Assembly: GCA_036630325.1 (NCBI GenBank)
Contig: CP142731.1
Span: 372,001 to 436,000, forward strand
DNA from: Vairimorpha necatrix
Lineage: Eukaryota
Reading direction: 5' to 3'
Length of the DNA stretch: 64,000 nucleotides
Part shown: one piece after another, positions 1 to 13,060 of the stretch
Layout of the letters: each line of letters opens with the position of its first letter
Numbering within the stretch: position 1 is the stretch's first letter
The notes under the pieces: model-generated
The model's input: only the letters and a program-made list of their open reading frames with translations
Databases searched by the model: none
What the model was told of the DNA's origin: nothing
Position numbers and translations under genes: made by a program

Positions 1-3000
1 GATATTTTACCATCAAGAACATAATAAATTATTAAGATTTGATAATATTATATTTTTTAATTAATGTATTATAGGCAAAAAGCCTATTTTACGAGTAAAT
101 TTTAATATTAAAAATATAAAATATTTAGATACATTTAAATTGGTATGTATATTTTAAACATTATAACTCTATGGCAATCTTCTAAAGATACATGTATAAA
201 ATAACAAACAGAAACATACATTTACTTGTGTTATAGTGCGGAGCGACTTGTAATAAATTAGGCCACTGACGAGCTTATGCACATATTGTCGTCTGTCCAT
301 GGAAGCCTTCTTGTAGTAAATATTTTATAGTAAAAACATCTAAAAATGAGTACTAAAAACATTTAAAAACAATACACTTTACGAATAAAAAATTATATTT
401 TGGATTAAAATTTAAAAATATTATACATCTTGTTTTAAAATTGTAAGATTGATATATTAAGAAATTATGAACTACACCAAAATTGAGGCCAATTTACAGT
501 CCATAACTATATTAAGCCTAAAATAATGTATTCTTTAGATTATAAAAGATAATGCACATCTACAGAGAAAGACAGGGGCAAAACAAAGAATTAGCAGCAC
601 TTGGTAGCAAATGGTCGGGAAATACGCCAAATATGAAATAACCAAATTAAACAACACATTTCTATGATTATCTAAATTCAAGCATGAAGATATTGTAATA
701 CTAAAAACTAAAAAAAGTAGAAGTAGAGATACTTTATTAAAATAACTTATAAACTTTGCATGCAGTTTATATTTGAGCTTTTATAGTACTTACTTCGAAA
801 ATTAATAATTACAATAACAAGCATTTCCGTAATTTAAATTACATATCAATTAGGGATAACTCTGGTGAACAAGCGAAATAATAAAAAAATTTAAAATTTT
901 ACAAAAAATCCCGAGCTTCTAAAAACATTGTATATCGAAATCTATAAATAATGGATTTTAATTTATCATATCAAAATGTTTTTATGGAAAAACAATAAGC
1001 CTATAACATTTATTAATATCTTTATATTTTTCGAATTTATAGCACATGTATGCATCAAATCATAAATTTACTTATTGTTGATCGCATTATCATCTTAGTA
1101 ATTCATATATTTCGGCAAAAATAATTTTATTGGAGCATAGTTTGATAATTTTTAAAAATTCTCATATAAATTAAGTCGCGTAGAATTACAAATGTTTTAT
1201 AGGGAGCTTACTTTATATAGACAGCATCGTAAATCAACAAAAAAAATTATTTAAAATTTGAAGAGGGGTAAACATCTAATTCTAAATTTTTTTTAAAATT
1301 TTATTTTACATATAAAAACAGATACTGGCCATAAAAAAATTGTATATAGTTAAACACTGATACGATATTGCAAAATATATACTTATGTAATGTCTTCTTG
1401 GGGTTAAATGAAGTAAAGGCAACAAATCATATCAATTATTTTTTTATTAATAAGTCAATAAATAATCTTGTATGCTGTTAAATGTGCGACTAGAACGGAG
1501 TTATATGTTTATCAGTAATTGATGTACAAACGGACAATTACATAGTCAGAGTATCATACTTTTAATATTGAAAATATTTTGCTGCTATTCTTTTCTTATC
1601 TGTTTTATGATCAAATTAGGAAACTTTCTTTTATAGATATTTTTTTCTTAACATCTAAGCACGTGTATAAATTATTATATCATGATTCTTGTCTATTTTA
1701 TTTTATAGAAGTTCAGATTTACAATAAAAATTATATCTTCTTTATAAATTTCTAGGAACGTGTCCTCAAATTAATATTATTCACATTTTAGAAAACCATA
1801 AACCAACACCGTTTATGTTTGTTTTTACCTTTACTTCATTTTAAACTGTCGTTACCTTATCAATGACGCAATTTTATTCACAATATAGCAAATAGAATGT
1901 TTGAAGCGAAAAAATTTTCAAAAATATAAAAAAATTATTTTTCAAACTTTTACATGAGACAAAATTTAAAGGTTCTTATTAAAATGATGAAAACTCAAAT
2001 AAAGAATATAAATGTTCTTAAATGTCTATTAACAATTATTGCAATTGTGTTAATTGTCTATATAAATCCAGAACAATATAGTGATAATAATGTTTTATAC
2101 AGTAGTAATAGTAAACACAATGATAAGAAATGTATATCTCATGGTAAAAAATATGAATATAATAATAACAAAAACAAAATGATGAAAAAAAAACTGAGAT
2201 TTAAGAATTGACATATATGTTCGGAAAAAAATTAATAAAATATAATTATTTGAGAAAGATATTTATTGAATATAAAATTGGACATGAAATTATATTGCGC
2301 ATAAATATAACCAACAGGTTCTTTTATCTATATATTACCCAGAAAACTCTAAAACCCCTAGAACTACAACATATAATTCTAGCCCAAATGGGATAAAAAA
2401 TTATAGAAGCACAAAATTATTTAATTTACATCGGAAAGTTTTGGTTAATTAACATATACCTATCAAATGTATTCATAAAATAAGAGTCTAGAAATTATTT
2501 CGTGTGCAATTTATAATTTCCCCACTATTTTCTTTTTAATAACAGACTGATAAACGTAAAAGGTACATTATTTCACATCTAAAATATGTAGTCTATGTTT
2601 GAAACTTTTATCACAAAGACATATAGATTTTTCGCTATTATTAGTGGGAGCCTTTTTTCGATGATTTATAAGAACAATAGGAAAAAATAAAATAATTATA
2701 AAATATCTTGAACATTTTTAAAGTAAACGCATGATAGAAAACATCAAAGAGGATGAAGTTGCTCTAGTATTATCTATAATTTAAAATTCTTATCTTATAA
2801 ACATAAAATAGAGCAACAGTAAAAAAATAAGAAATGCTTGATTTTATATAATAGATATTTTATTCAAAAAAATTATGGGCCAGGCAATGCTCGATTTTCT
2901 TTTTAATGTTTGTCTTAACGTACATTCAGACGTCTTATTCGAAAAGAATTTATTTGCATTTTAAAATATGTTACTGAATATTATTAAACTACGAATAAAT

Positions 3001-4863
3001 AAAGGTAAAAAAAGGTAGTATAAAAGATACTTGAATAAGACACGCAAAGAACATTCTACCGACAAATTAAATCATTTTAAGTAAAAATTTTTCAATTTTT
3101 TCTTAAATATCTCTTATTCATTTTTCTTTATAAAATTTCTACGATATTTATGAAGAGTCTCTGGCAAAAAGGTTATTTAGAATTACATACATTATTGACT
3201 AAACATTTTGTCGGTTGTAAATTTACAAATTTCGATTATTCTTAGTATATATTTAATTCATACTTTTACCTTCTATATTCTGATCTTCTTGTTTTACAAT
3301 TAAATAAATGTTTCGTTAAAGTCCACTATATAATTATAGCTGTGTATGAAAAAGCATTCATTTACACGACCAAATATAAATTATGACAATTCTATCTTAG
3401 TAAACATTTTTGTGCTATATATAGATAATTGGCCTATTTTTACATAGCTGAGGGTGATTACTTACCACCTAATATCACGTTGACAACATGATAGTTTTAA
3501 CTGATATTCTATAGGATAGATATGAAAAAGCAAGATATTAGTTTTGAGAATCTATGTAATTTTGCAAATTCATTTTTTAACCCGTATTAAATCATAGAAT
3601 ATTTACTATATATTGGTATATGAAATAGTCACAAAAAACACATAACGAACGCTGTTATAATATCAAATGCAAATAAAATCAACTAAGTCCACAAATAATT
3701 GCAAAAACTTTTCAATTTGGTTAGAAACAAGAGCCGATTTGACTACTGTCAATGCTAATGTCAAAATATATCAATAAACCGGCACTTTTCACGAATTATA
3801 ATTTCCCTTAATCTAAAAACTACTCAACTTATTATAAAAATTTTTTACGCTCTATTTTATCTGTTTAAACTTTAAAATATTTAAAAAATAGAAAATTATA
3901 ATAATAATAACATTAAAAGATCTTATAATGAAAAATATAAATTGTAATTTATAGTTGAAATAAGACAAAAATTTTTTGCATGCATAATTTTTACAATTAG
4001 CCGATTACAATACTTTATAAACTCCTATATTTTCTTTATTGTACTAAAAATCTATAATTTTATAGTTTAATATTCTACTTCAAAAAAATTAAAGATATTT
4101 AGTATGATGTTTTTATATAGTTTTTTTTATCAAATACAAAATGAGTGATAGAATACATAATAAAATATTTTCGCAGTAAAAAACGTGTAATTGTAAGTGA
4201 TGATATTAACATTTTGGTATAGATATAAATTATATTTGTAATTAAGTAACATATGTTGGAATAAAGGTTATGTTTTGATGTATAAAAAAAGTATGTTAAA
4301 GAAACTTATTTAAGCAGAACAATTTGATTCTTTGTCGGAATGTTCTATTCGTAAAGTCAATATAAAAGCTCCGCTTTAAGTTCATAAATAAAATTTATTA
4401 ACTATCTAATGGGCGAAAAAATAGTATTAAATTAAATTGCTTCACTAAGATCAAAATAACACTGACAAATAAAAAATGTATTAATTGTCAATGAATCTGC
4501 ATAACGACGTATACGACATATATGTAATTTTTTTTTATTTTATTCATCATATTCTTATAAATAGTTGCTTAAAGACTGTGGTATTATCCACATGTCAAGA
4601 AAATCATTTTTACTTATAAAAACTTTTTCTAGAAAAATGAATTTTCTAGAATTTTATTTTTTATAAATATTTTTTTTTGATAAGAAGGGCGTGAGCTACG
4701 AGAAGAGGAGTCATAAGCAAAGCTATGACAGTTCGAAACTAAACAAAGACCAATACAGGCCAGAAGAGCCTCAAATAAAAAATTATTTAGAAATGTACTT
4801 TAAACTGGGCAAAGTAACCAGTGATACGTCAAAGACCAAAACATAATTATATTTGTTATATTT

Positions 4864-4912
4864 TGTCTTTATTTATCATAATGGGGGATAGAAATTATAC
4901 AAATATATCACA
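4864..4912 (-). repeat. 3' LTR of copy 1 (49 bp)
   Basis: Direct repeat of 8019-8067 with TG...CA ends, abutting the polypurine tract. Confidence 0.9.
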
Positions 4913-4933
4913 TCCCCCTCAAGACGGGTAGTC

Positions 4934-7900
4934 TCATCCAATTTTCACATCTACCCCAAGCATACTCATCAGGTCATAATGTCTCTTCTTCACAAGCCTA
5001 CCATTACTAAGTTTTACAATATAAGAATCTTTTCCACACTTTTCAACAATTCCCCCTGTATCCACAAATCTTCCTTTTTCATACTTATTACCACCTGCCA
5101 AATTTTCTCGTTTAGCTATTCTTACCATTTGACTTTTACTAAATTTTTCAATCTTTCCTTTTCCAAACCTATTACAATATTTCCCTATAGGCTATTTTCA
5201 AGCATTGCATCTCCAGTTTTATCTTCAGTCGCTTCTATTGGTGTACATTTTATTCCTGTATGATAGCTCTGATTAATATCGATACTTATATAAACTTTAC
5301 CTTCAAAAGTTTGCGCTTCCGACTTAAAATATTTTCTCTCAGTTTCTATAACACGCTCTACTCTACCGTTACTTCTATGCGCTTCTATGATTATTGTTGA
5401 AGTATTATATCCAGATCTCTACAAATTTTTATAAATTCCCGCCAATAAACTCTTTCTCGTTATCTGTAATATTTCTTTCGGTTTCTTCCCTTGCTCACAT
5501 AATCTTTTCAAAAATCCAATAACATTATTACTTGACTTGTTATTTATAACTACTCCTCATACTCTTCGTGTAAAATAATCGATAGCAACTAAAACATATT
5601 TCTTCTCATTTCTAAAGTCTATCAAATCTAATGCAACCTTCTCTAGGTATCTCGACGTATTACAAATTCACAACCACCCATATTTTTTCAGTTATATATC
5701 TGGCATTTCTGACACTGTTTTATAACCTCGTTTATTTCTTTCTTTACTCCTGGCCAATAGTATTCTTCTCTCATTGCATAATAAACACTTGTCATGCATC
5801 TGTGGCCTATTTTTTCATGATATTCTTGGATTAATCGTCTCCTTATATTCTCTGGTGAATCTTCAACTTTACGTCCTGAGTCAAATTGCCAATATTGCTT
5901 TCCATTCTCGGAAGAAACATGTGCTTTCCATTTACCTTCTGTTTGCTTAAGTGTTCGCTCTTTATTTTTCATTTCTTTAATATCCTCTTCCATATTTATT
6001 CGACTCAACGCATCTGCTACCACCATCTCATCAGGTTTTTTATATTCCACGATAAAATCATATTCCTGTATCTTCTCGATTAAGCGATTTATTTTGTTAT
6101 TATTAAAAAACGGTTTATTTCTTATCTCCACCAGTGCTTTGTGGTCCGTTTTTATCTTGAATTTTCTACCTCTTAACTCGTATTTAAATTTATCAATGCC
6201 CCAATATATCGCAAGCATTTCCTTTTCTGATATACCATATCTTACTTCTGTCGGTGTTAGCTTTTTAGATGCCCATTGTATAGCAACTTATTCTCCATTC
6301 TCATTCTTCTGAAGTAACACCGCACCCAATCTCAAATTGCTAGCGTCTGTTCTTAGTATGAACTCCTTATTATAGTCCGGTAATCTTAGTCTTCCCACAT
6401 TTCTTAACACATTTTTGTATTTCAGTAAATTCCTTTTCCATCTCTTTCGTAAATTTCCACGAATTGCTATTTTTCTTCAAACTATCTGTCATTTTCAACG
6501 TCAACCCGGCATAATCATTTATAAATGGTCTGAACCATCAAGTCAATCCTAGAAATCTCCTCAATTCCGTCAAAGTTTTTATATCTGGATACTCCAAGGC
6601 TTCATTTTTCTTTATTTCGTCGGCCATCATGTCTATTCCATTCAGCGTCACACCTAATAATTTTACTTCCGCTTGTCTAAACTGTATTTTCCCAATATTT
6701 AATTTCATTTTATTTCTCTTAATTCTTTCTATAACCTCTATTACTAATTCATCGTGTTTATGTTTATTGTTGGCATGTATTACTATATCGTCCATGTATA
6801 CCTCAACACCATTTCCTCGCAAATCTTCAAAAATCGTATTCATCGTTCTCTGTAGTATCTGTGGGGAATTTTTGTATCCCATCACCATACATTTCCATTC
6901 GTAAACTTTTTTATTAAATTCAAACGCCGTCTTATGTTTATCTTTTTCTTCGATTTCAAAATGGTAAAATGCTTCTTTGCAATCACAACAGTAAATATTA
7001 TCGACCCTTGCGTAGCTCTTATTATTTCTCACATATTAGTTAGCTCATACGGGTCTTTCTCGGCCAAATCATTCAACCCTATAAAATTACTAACTACTCT
7101 TACTTCACCACTTGGTTTAAGTATCGCTCTTATTGGGTTTCGCCATTCCGATGACGATCTTCTAATAAACTTTCTATTTTCTAAATCATTAATATATTCC
7201 TCTGTCTGTTTGATTAAAGCCTGTGGAATCGTCTGTCCCTTTCTGACTATCTTCTTACCCTCAGGAGTATCTATCTTACACTTCTCTAATGTACAATAAC
7301 TTATAACCTCATCTCCTTGTTTAAAAACTTCTTCATATTTCGCTTTAAGATCTTCCAACGTAAATGCCCTCTTCAGTAATCTTCTTTTCGTCTCTTTATT
7401 GCTCGCATATATTCTTTCTTTATGTCTTCTATCACTATTATTACATTCTTTTAAATAACTCGTTTTGTCTTTCCACTTGGTTTATATTCTTTATTATCAT
7501 TACTGCTACTACAAATTTGGTTTTCGTCTAAATTTAAGTACTTATTAAAATTTTTGTAATTTTTCTGACTATTGTTCCTTCCTACATAACAGTTCCTAGC
7601 CATATGGCCGAATTTCCCACAATTAAAACAATTCCTATTTCTTCTTATTTCTTGTACTGTATTCCTCAAAACTAAATCTTTCTCTTGCATTTCTTTTCTC
7701 ACAATTTCTCTGACATTCTCGGCTATAGCCTCCATAAGTTCTCTCCTATTTTCTTCTTCTTTTTTAGTTTTTTCTTCTCTACACATTCCCTCCTCTAATT
7801 TCTAAATTATTATATAATATTCGTCCTCTTTACTAATTCTTTCTACCATGAAATTTTTTATTTCTTCACTTCCTTCCATAAATATTCTCTGTTTCCACAA

Positions 7901-8034
7901 ACTGGATTCTACTTCCTCCATCTCTAACCTATACATGATTCTTCTAACTTCCTTTAATAGCTTTTTGGCCTCTAGACCACAGTCCACACTTGTAAACTGA
8001 CGATTCGGTATAGCCCCATGTCTTTATTTATCAT
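4934..8034 (-). pseudogene. Fragmented gag-RT-RNaseH-integrase polyprotein of LTR copy 1
   Basis: ORFs 7802-7987, 7451-7786, 7029-7358, 6538-7032, 5688-6218 and 4934-5128 are collinear with the copy 2 protein; multiple frameshifts and stops. Confidence 0.9.
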
Positions 8035-8067
8035 AATAAGGGATAGAAATTATACAAATATATCACA
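8019..8067 (-). repeat. 5' LTR of copy 1 (49 bp), contains the gag ATG at 8034
   Basis: TGTGATATATTTGTATAATTTCTATCCCTTATTATGATAAATAAAGACA, followed directly by a TGG PBS. Confidence 0.9.
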
Positions 8068-8533
8068 TTTTATATAAATTCACACCGTTAAAAATTACAC
8101 ATAAATAATTGCAAAAATACACAAACATAAAATAAGTGAAAGTATATGGTTCTATATATAATATATTGATATAATCAACACATGCGATCACAATAATTAG
8201 TAAAAAAATCATTTTATATGCCCCTTAAGAATTCATATTATACTAAAATTTAAACAAAAAATGCGATATATGAAACATAGACTCTAGTTAGGGTCTTCGA
8301 AATTATATTAATTTTTTTGTAAAGCATTTTTTTTATATAATTAATTATAGAAAATCACATTGTAATAATTTTTTTAAATTATTAGGACATTTCGAACCTT
8401 ATGACATATAAATGTATTTTAAACAAACAAAATGCAATAATACATAGTTATTTTGATTATTTGACCATACTTTCGACTCTTCCTTTTCTTTGAATGGATT
8501 TTATGGAAAAGAATACATTTATAAAATATGATA

Positions 8534-8582
8534 TGTATTTAATTATCATAATTGGGGATCAAAAATATAAGAATATATAACA
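8534..8582 (-). repeat. 3' LTR of copy 2 (49 bp)
   Basis: Direct repeat of 11628-11676 with TG...CA ends, next to the PPT. Confidence 0.92.
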
Positions 8583-8599
8583 TCCCCCCTCCAAGACGG

Positions 8600-11500
8600 T
8601 TAGTCTCCTACATCACCATTAACCCCAAGCAGATTTTTCAAGTCATAATGTCTCTTTTTAACATATCGCCCATTAGATAGCTTCACAACATACGAGTCCC
8701 CAGGGCATATCACCATTATAATACCTTCGTCTAAAAACCTTCCCTTTTCATATTTATTACATCCTTTGATGTTTTCTTTCTTAGCTATCCTTATTCGTTG
8801 TCCTTCAATAAACCGCTCTCTATATCTTCTAACAAATCTTTTACTGTAGTCTCCTTCTGGTCCATTTAATATCATCACTTTTCCCGTATTGTCTTTTACC
8901 GCTTCATTGGGAGTACTTCTTATACCTTCATGGTAACTATTATTATAAATTTTAAAGCTTTCCATCACTATGTCTTCAAAACTCGCCGTCTCTTTACTCA
9001 TTTTCAATATTAGCTCTCTAAGCGTTCCTATAACTCTTTCAACTCTACCATTGCTTCTATGAGACTCGACACTCACCTTATTATGGGTAATATCCAATTT
9101 TCAACACAAATCCTTAAAGTCAACATTATCAAATTCCTTTCCATTATCCGTTATTATTTCCTTCGGCCTCCTGCCATTTCTACATAAGTTCTCAATAAAC
9201 TGGGCCACAGAGGATCTCTTCTTATCGTATAATACACATCCCCACGCTATCCTCGTATGGTAATCTATCGCAACTAATACATATTTGCCCTTATCTCTAA
9301 AATCATTTAAATCTAACGCTACTTTTTCTAAATACCTGCTTGTAGCAACAAAATCACATCCTCCAGACTTTTTTCTATTGTAAATTTGACACTCCTCGCA
9401 TCTTTTTATCATTTTCACTATATCTTCTTTTATTCCTGGCCAATAATAATCAAACTTCATGGCATAATACATGCTTCCTAGTCCTCTGTGTCCATGCTCT
9501 TCATGATAACGTCTCATAAGCTCATCTCTTTCTTTTATTTTAGGAATCAATGCTTTCCTCCCCGAATCAAAATTCCAGTATTCTTTACCGTCTATTGTCT
9601 AGACGTGCTTCAACCATTTACCTTCAATTTGACGCTCACTTCTTTTTTTTATCATTTCTTTTCTTGGATCAACCTCCTCGTGTATCCCACTCAAAGCATC
9701 CGCCACGACCATATGTTCTGGTTTCCTGTAATCTATTTGAAAGTCAAATTCTTGGATCTTCTCAATCCATCGATTAATTCTATTATTATTAAAACACGGC
9801 TTTCTTCTTATTTCAGCCAATGCTTTGTGATCCGTTTCTACTTTAAATTTTCGTCCTCTTAACTCATACTCAAATTTTTTTATTCCCCAATATATGGCAT
9901 ACATTTCCTTTTAACTTATACCATATCTAGTTTCCGTCGGGGTGAATTTCTTCGATGCCCATTGTACTGGCACCCACTCTTCTTTATCATTCTTCTGCAT
10001 GAGTACTGCGCCCATTCCTATATTGCTCGCGTCAGTTCTTAATAAAAATTCTTTTCATAGTTTACAATTTTCAACTTACTCATACTTCTTAACGTTTCCT
10101 TCATATTTTCGAACTCTTTATTTAAGTCATCAGTCCAATTCAATACTTTACTTTTACCTTTCAAACTTTCAGTCATATATAATGTCTTCTCCGCATAATT
10201 CTTAATAAATCCTCGAAACCATCCACTCAATCCTAAAAATCTTACTATGTCAGACACATTCTGCGGCGTTGGAAACTCTAGTGCTTGGTTTTTCTTGATT
10301 TCAGACGGCATCATATCATCCCCGTTTAGTGTAACTCCCAATAACTTGACTTCCTTTTGGCAATACTGAATTTCCTTTGAATTTATCCGCATATTATTCC
10401 GTTCTAACAATTTCATCGCTTCTACAAATAATTTATCATGTTCTTTTCTAGTCTTCGCATGAATCACTATATCATCCATGTATACTTCTATTTTACCACC
10501 CAAATGTTTTTCAAAAATCTTATTCATAATTCTCTGCATGATCTGAGGCGAGTTTTTAAACCCCATGACCATACTATTCCATTCATATACTATCTTATCA
10601 TACTCAAATGCAGTCTTATGCTTGTCTTGCTCTTCTATTTCGATTCCATAAAAAGCCTCCTTAAGGTCTATAACACTGAAAAACTTCGATCCTTGCGTGT
10701 TCCTTATGATATCCCTAATGTTCACTAATTCATAAAGTTCTTTCTCCACTAAATCATTTAATGCCATGAGATTGCTAACCAGTCTTATACTTCCATCTGG
10801 CTTAATTAAAGCTTTAATCAAATTTCTCCATTCCGACGTCGATCTTCTTATGACATTCCTTGTCTCTAACCTCTGAATATATTTTCTCAGCTCTTCTTTA
10901 TGCGCTTGTGGCACCTGCTGACCTTTCCTTACAACTTTCTTACCTTCTTCAGTTCTGATTCTGCATTTTTCAATTTTACAATATCTTATTTTCTCTTCTT
11001 CGTTGTCTATAACGTTCCTAAACCTCTTTCTCATGTCTTCTAATGTTAGACCGTTCTTTTCTTCCTCATCATAACATCTTTTATTTCTTGTCTTCCATTC
11101 TTGTTTCTTTTGTCTTTTAGCATCCCATGTGTTCCTATAAGTCCATTCACCACAGCTACTGCTACCTTCTTCTTTAATACTCTCACATTCGTCTTTATTC
11201 TTAACATTTCTATATCTATAATAACACATCTGACTCTTATGTCCCATTCTTGAACAATTATAACATCTCATTGTTCTTCTCTTCTCAAATATTCTTTCCT
11301 CTCTACTAATATTTCTAATCTCCTCTGCCACCATCTTTGTGACCTCCTCAATCATCCGTAATCTCATATCCTTTTCCTCCTGTACTTTAACCAATTCCTC
11401 TAATTTGGTTTTCATAACTTTCCAATGATCTCCAATCTTAATATTCTTAACCATAAATTCTTTCAACTCATCAGTTCTAAGATCAAAAATCTCCTTCTTT

Positions 11501-11643
11501 ACATTTTTCTCAAAATCATAATCAGACAATACTAATCCATAAACAATCCTCTTAAACTCTTCTAATAACCTTCTGGCCTCTTGACCACAGCCAACACTTG
11601 TTAACTCACGATTCGGTATCGCCCCCATGTATTTATTTATCAT
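8600..11643 (-). pseudogene. gag(CCHC)-RT-RNaseH-integrase polyprotein of LTR copy 2, with a few disruptions
   Basis: 10039-11643: CYNCSRMGHKSQMC, IDLKEAF, YMDD. 9599-9904: RNase H (ETDHKAL). 9101-9550: HHCC, ALD, TDNGKEF. 8600-9097: SNGRVER. Confidence 0.93.
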
Positions 11644-11676
11644 AATTGGGGATCAAAAATATAAGAATATATAACA
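11628..11676 (-). repeat. 5' LTR of copy 2 (49 bp), contains CCCC motif, gag ATG (11643) and AATAAA
   Basis: TGTTATATATTCTTATATTTTTGATCCCCAATTATGATAAATAAATACA. Confidence 0.92.
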
Positions 11677-11825
11677 TGATATATACCTAACATCAGTCAA
11701 ATTCAAGGGGTAAAGACTTATAAAAATATTATATTGATTAGATTTTTGCTAAAGGTTAATTTGAACGCAAAAAATAAACAATTACAAACATGATGTCGCT
11801 CAAAATTTTTAATATTGTTTTTTTT

Positions 11826-12957
11826 GGTTAAATTGCGATGTTACCCCCCCCCCACCCCTAAAAAAATAAAAAAAAGGGGAAAAAATAAAAAAAGGGGAAA
11901 AAATAAAAAAAAGGGAAAAAAAATTTATTCAATTAATTCAAAATCAAATTCGGGGGCTAAATCGTAATTTAAAAATGATATATTATCAATCTCAAAAAGC
12001 ATAACATTCTTTCAAGTAGTGATTCTCTATAAATTAACTTAAAACGAGCTATATAAAGTTTTCGAATGAGATTCATCAAGAACCATGGCTTGTTCCTTCT
12101 TTGCGCAATTCCCTTTTAATTACAGACCACATTCCCTCAATTGTTTGGGTGTGGGCGCCTGTTGTTGGATTTACAAACTTTTGGCTATGATTTACAGTTA
12201 AATGTAAATAGTTATAACCCGGAATAGTTCCGAAAACCCTATATAACCTCGCCAACAATCAGTAATAATTGTAAAACCGGGGGCGATTTTTCGTTTTATT
12301 AAATCGACAAGAGTATTTCTTGGTCGATTTTCAACAATTTCGAAAAAAAAAGAATTGCTGTCTCCTAGTACAACCCCACCAACGGCCCAAACTTGGTATT
12401 GAAGGATTCTACCGTTATGGTTTTTACTTTTAACAAGCAATGTCTCGTCTATTTCAACTACGCAATTTAAACCTCCTATGGTTTTGTTTTGAAGGTAGTT
12501 GAAGTAGGATGAGAATACAGCGTTATTAAAACGTGTAAACCAGCGAGATACGGTACTACTATCTATATCCAATTCGATAGTAGCCGAAACATTGCTTACA
12601 CCTTTAACCCATTCAAACAGCAAAATTAAAAGATCTTCGATATCTAATCTAGAACTTTTAAAAATGCTTTCTTTGTAAATGTTACCTTTGTTTGAGCATT
12701 TTCTCCCATTTCGTCGTAAGTAACAACGATATTTGTCCAAATTATTTCTAATTTTGGTCATGTGTGTCATGCACTTATTGCACATTGGTACAAAAATATA
12801 TTTTTTTCAAGAAGAAATAAAAATAATTCCTCATTTTTATATATTAATTTTCTAAAATTTTTATGTTCATTTTAGGGGCATAATTTTTTCCCCTTTTTTT
12901 ATTTTTTCCCCTTTTTTTTATTTTTTTAGGGGTGGGGGGTAACATCGCAATTTAACC
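11826..12957 (-). mobile_element. Merlin (IS1016/IS1595-like) DNA transposon, frameshifted transposase
   Basis: TIR GGTTAAATTGCGATGTTACCCCC... with internal ~19-bp tandem units; 9-bp TSD GTTTTTTTT. Motifs VVEIDET, IITDCWRGY, HTQTIEGMW. CCC-preceded ATG at 12870. Confidence 0.95.
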
Positions 12958-13060
12958 GTTTTTTTTGACAAAAAAATTATTTATAGCCTATTAAAGATGA
13001 AGAATTTGTTATCAATAAAATTTATATTTAAAAAAACTATTTCAAGAATAAAATGTTTAC

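Larger units (their letters stand above)
4864..8067 (-). mobile_element. Ty3/gypsy LTR retrotransposon, copy 1 (3204 bp, 49-bp LTRs, degenerate gag-pol)
   Basis: 49-bp TG...CA direct repeats at 4864-4912 and 8019-8067 (2 mismatches). PBS-like TGGGGCTATACCGAATCG at 8001-8018; PPT GAGGGGGA at 4913-4920. ORF fragments: CCHC knuckle (CFNCGKFGHMARNC), RT (YMDD), RNase H (TDHKAL), integrase HHCC. TSD not clean (TATTT/TTTTA). Confidence 0.95.
8534..11676 (-). mobile_element. Ty3/gypsy LTR retrotransposon, copy 2 (3143 bp, 49-bp LTRs, 5-bp TSD TGATA)
   Basis: LTRs at 8534-8582 and 11628-11676 (1 mismatch). TGATA at 8529-8533 and 11677-11681. PBS TGGGGGCGATACCGAATC at 11610-11627; PPT GGAGGGGGGA at 8583-8592. 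Domain order RT-RH-IN. Confidence 0.97.

Noticed and set aside
1954-2396. Short adjacent ORFs (85 and 62 aa), the first with a hydrophobic stretch
   Set aside because: No recognisable motif or CCC start context; may be a decayed membrane-protein gene but cannot be supported
4979-10728. Plus-strand ORFs over the LTR elements, and similar antisense ORFs over genes elsewhere
   Set aside because: Shadow frames opposite clear coding sequence
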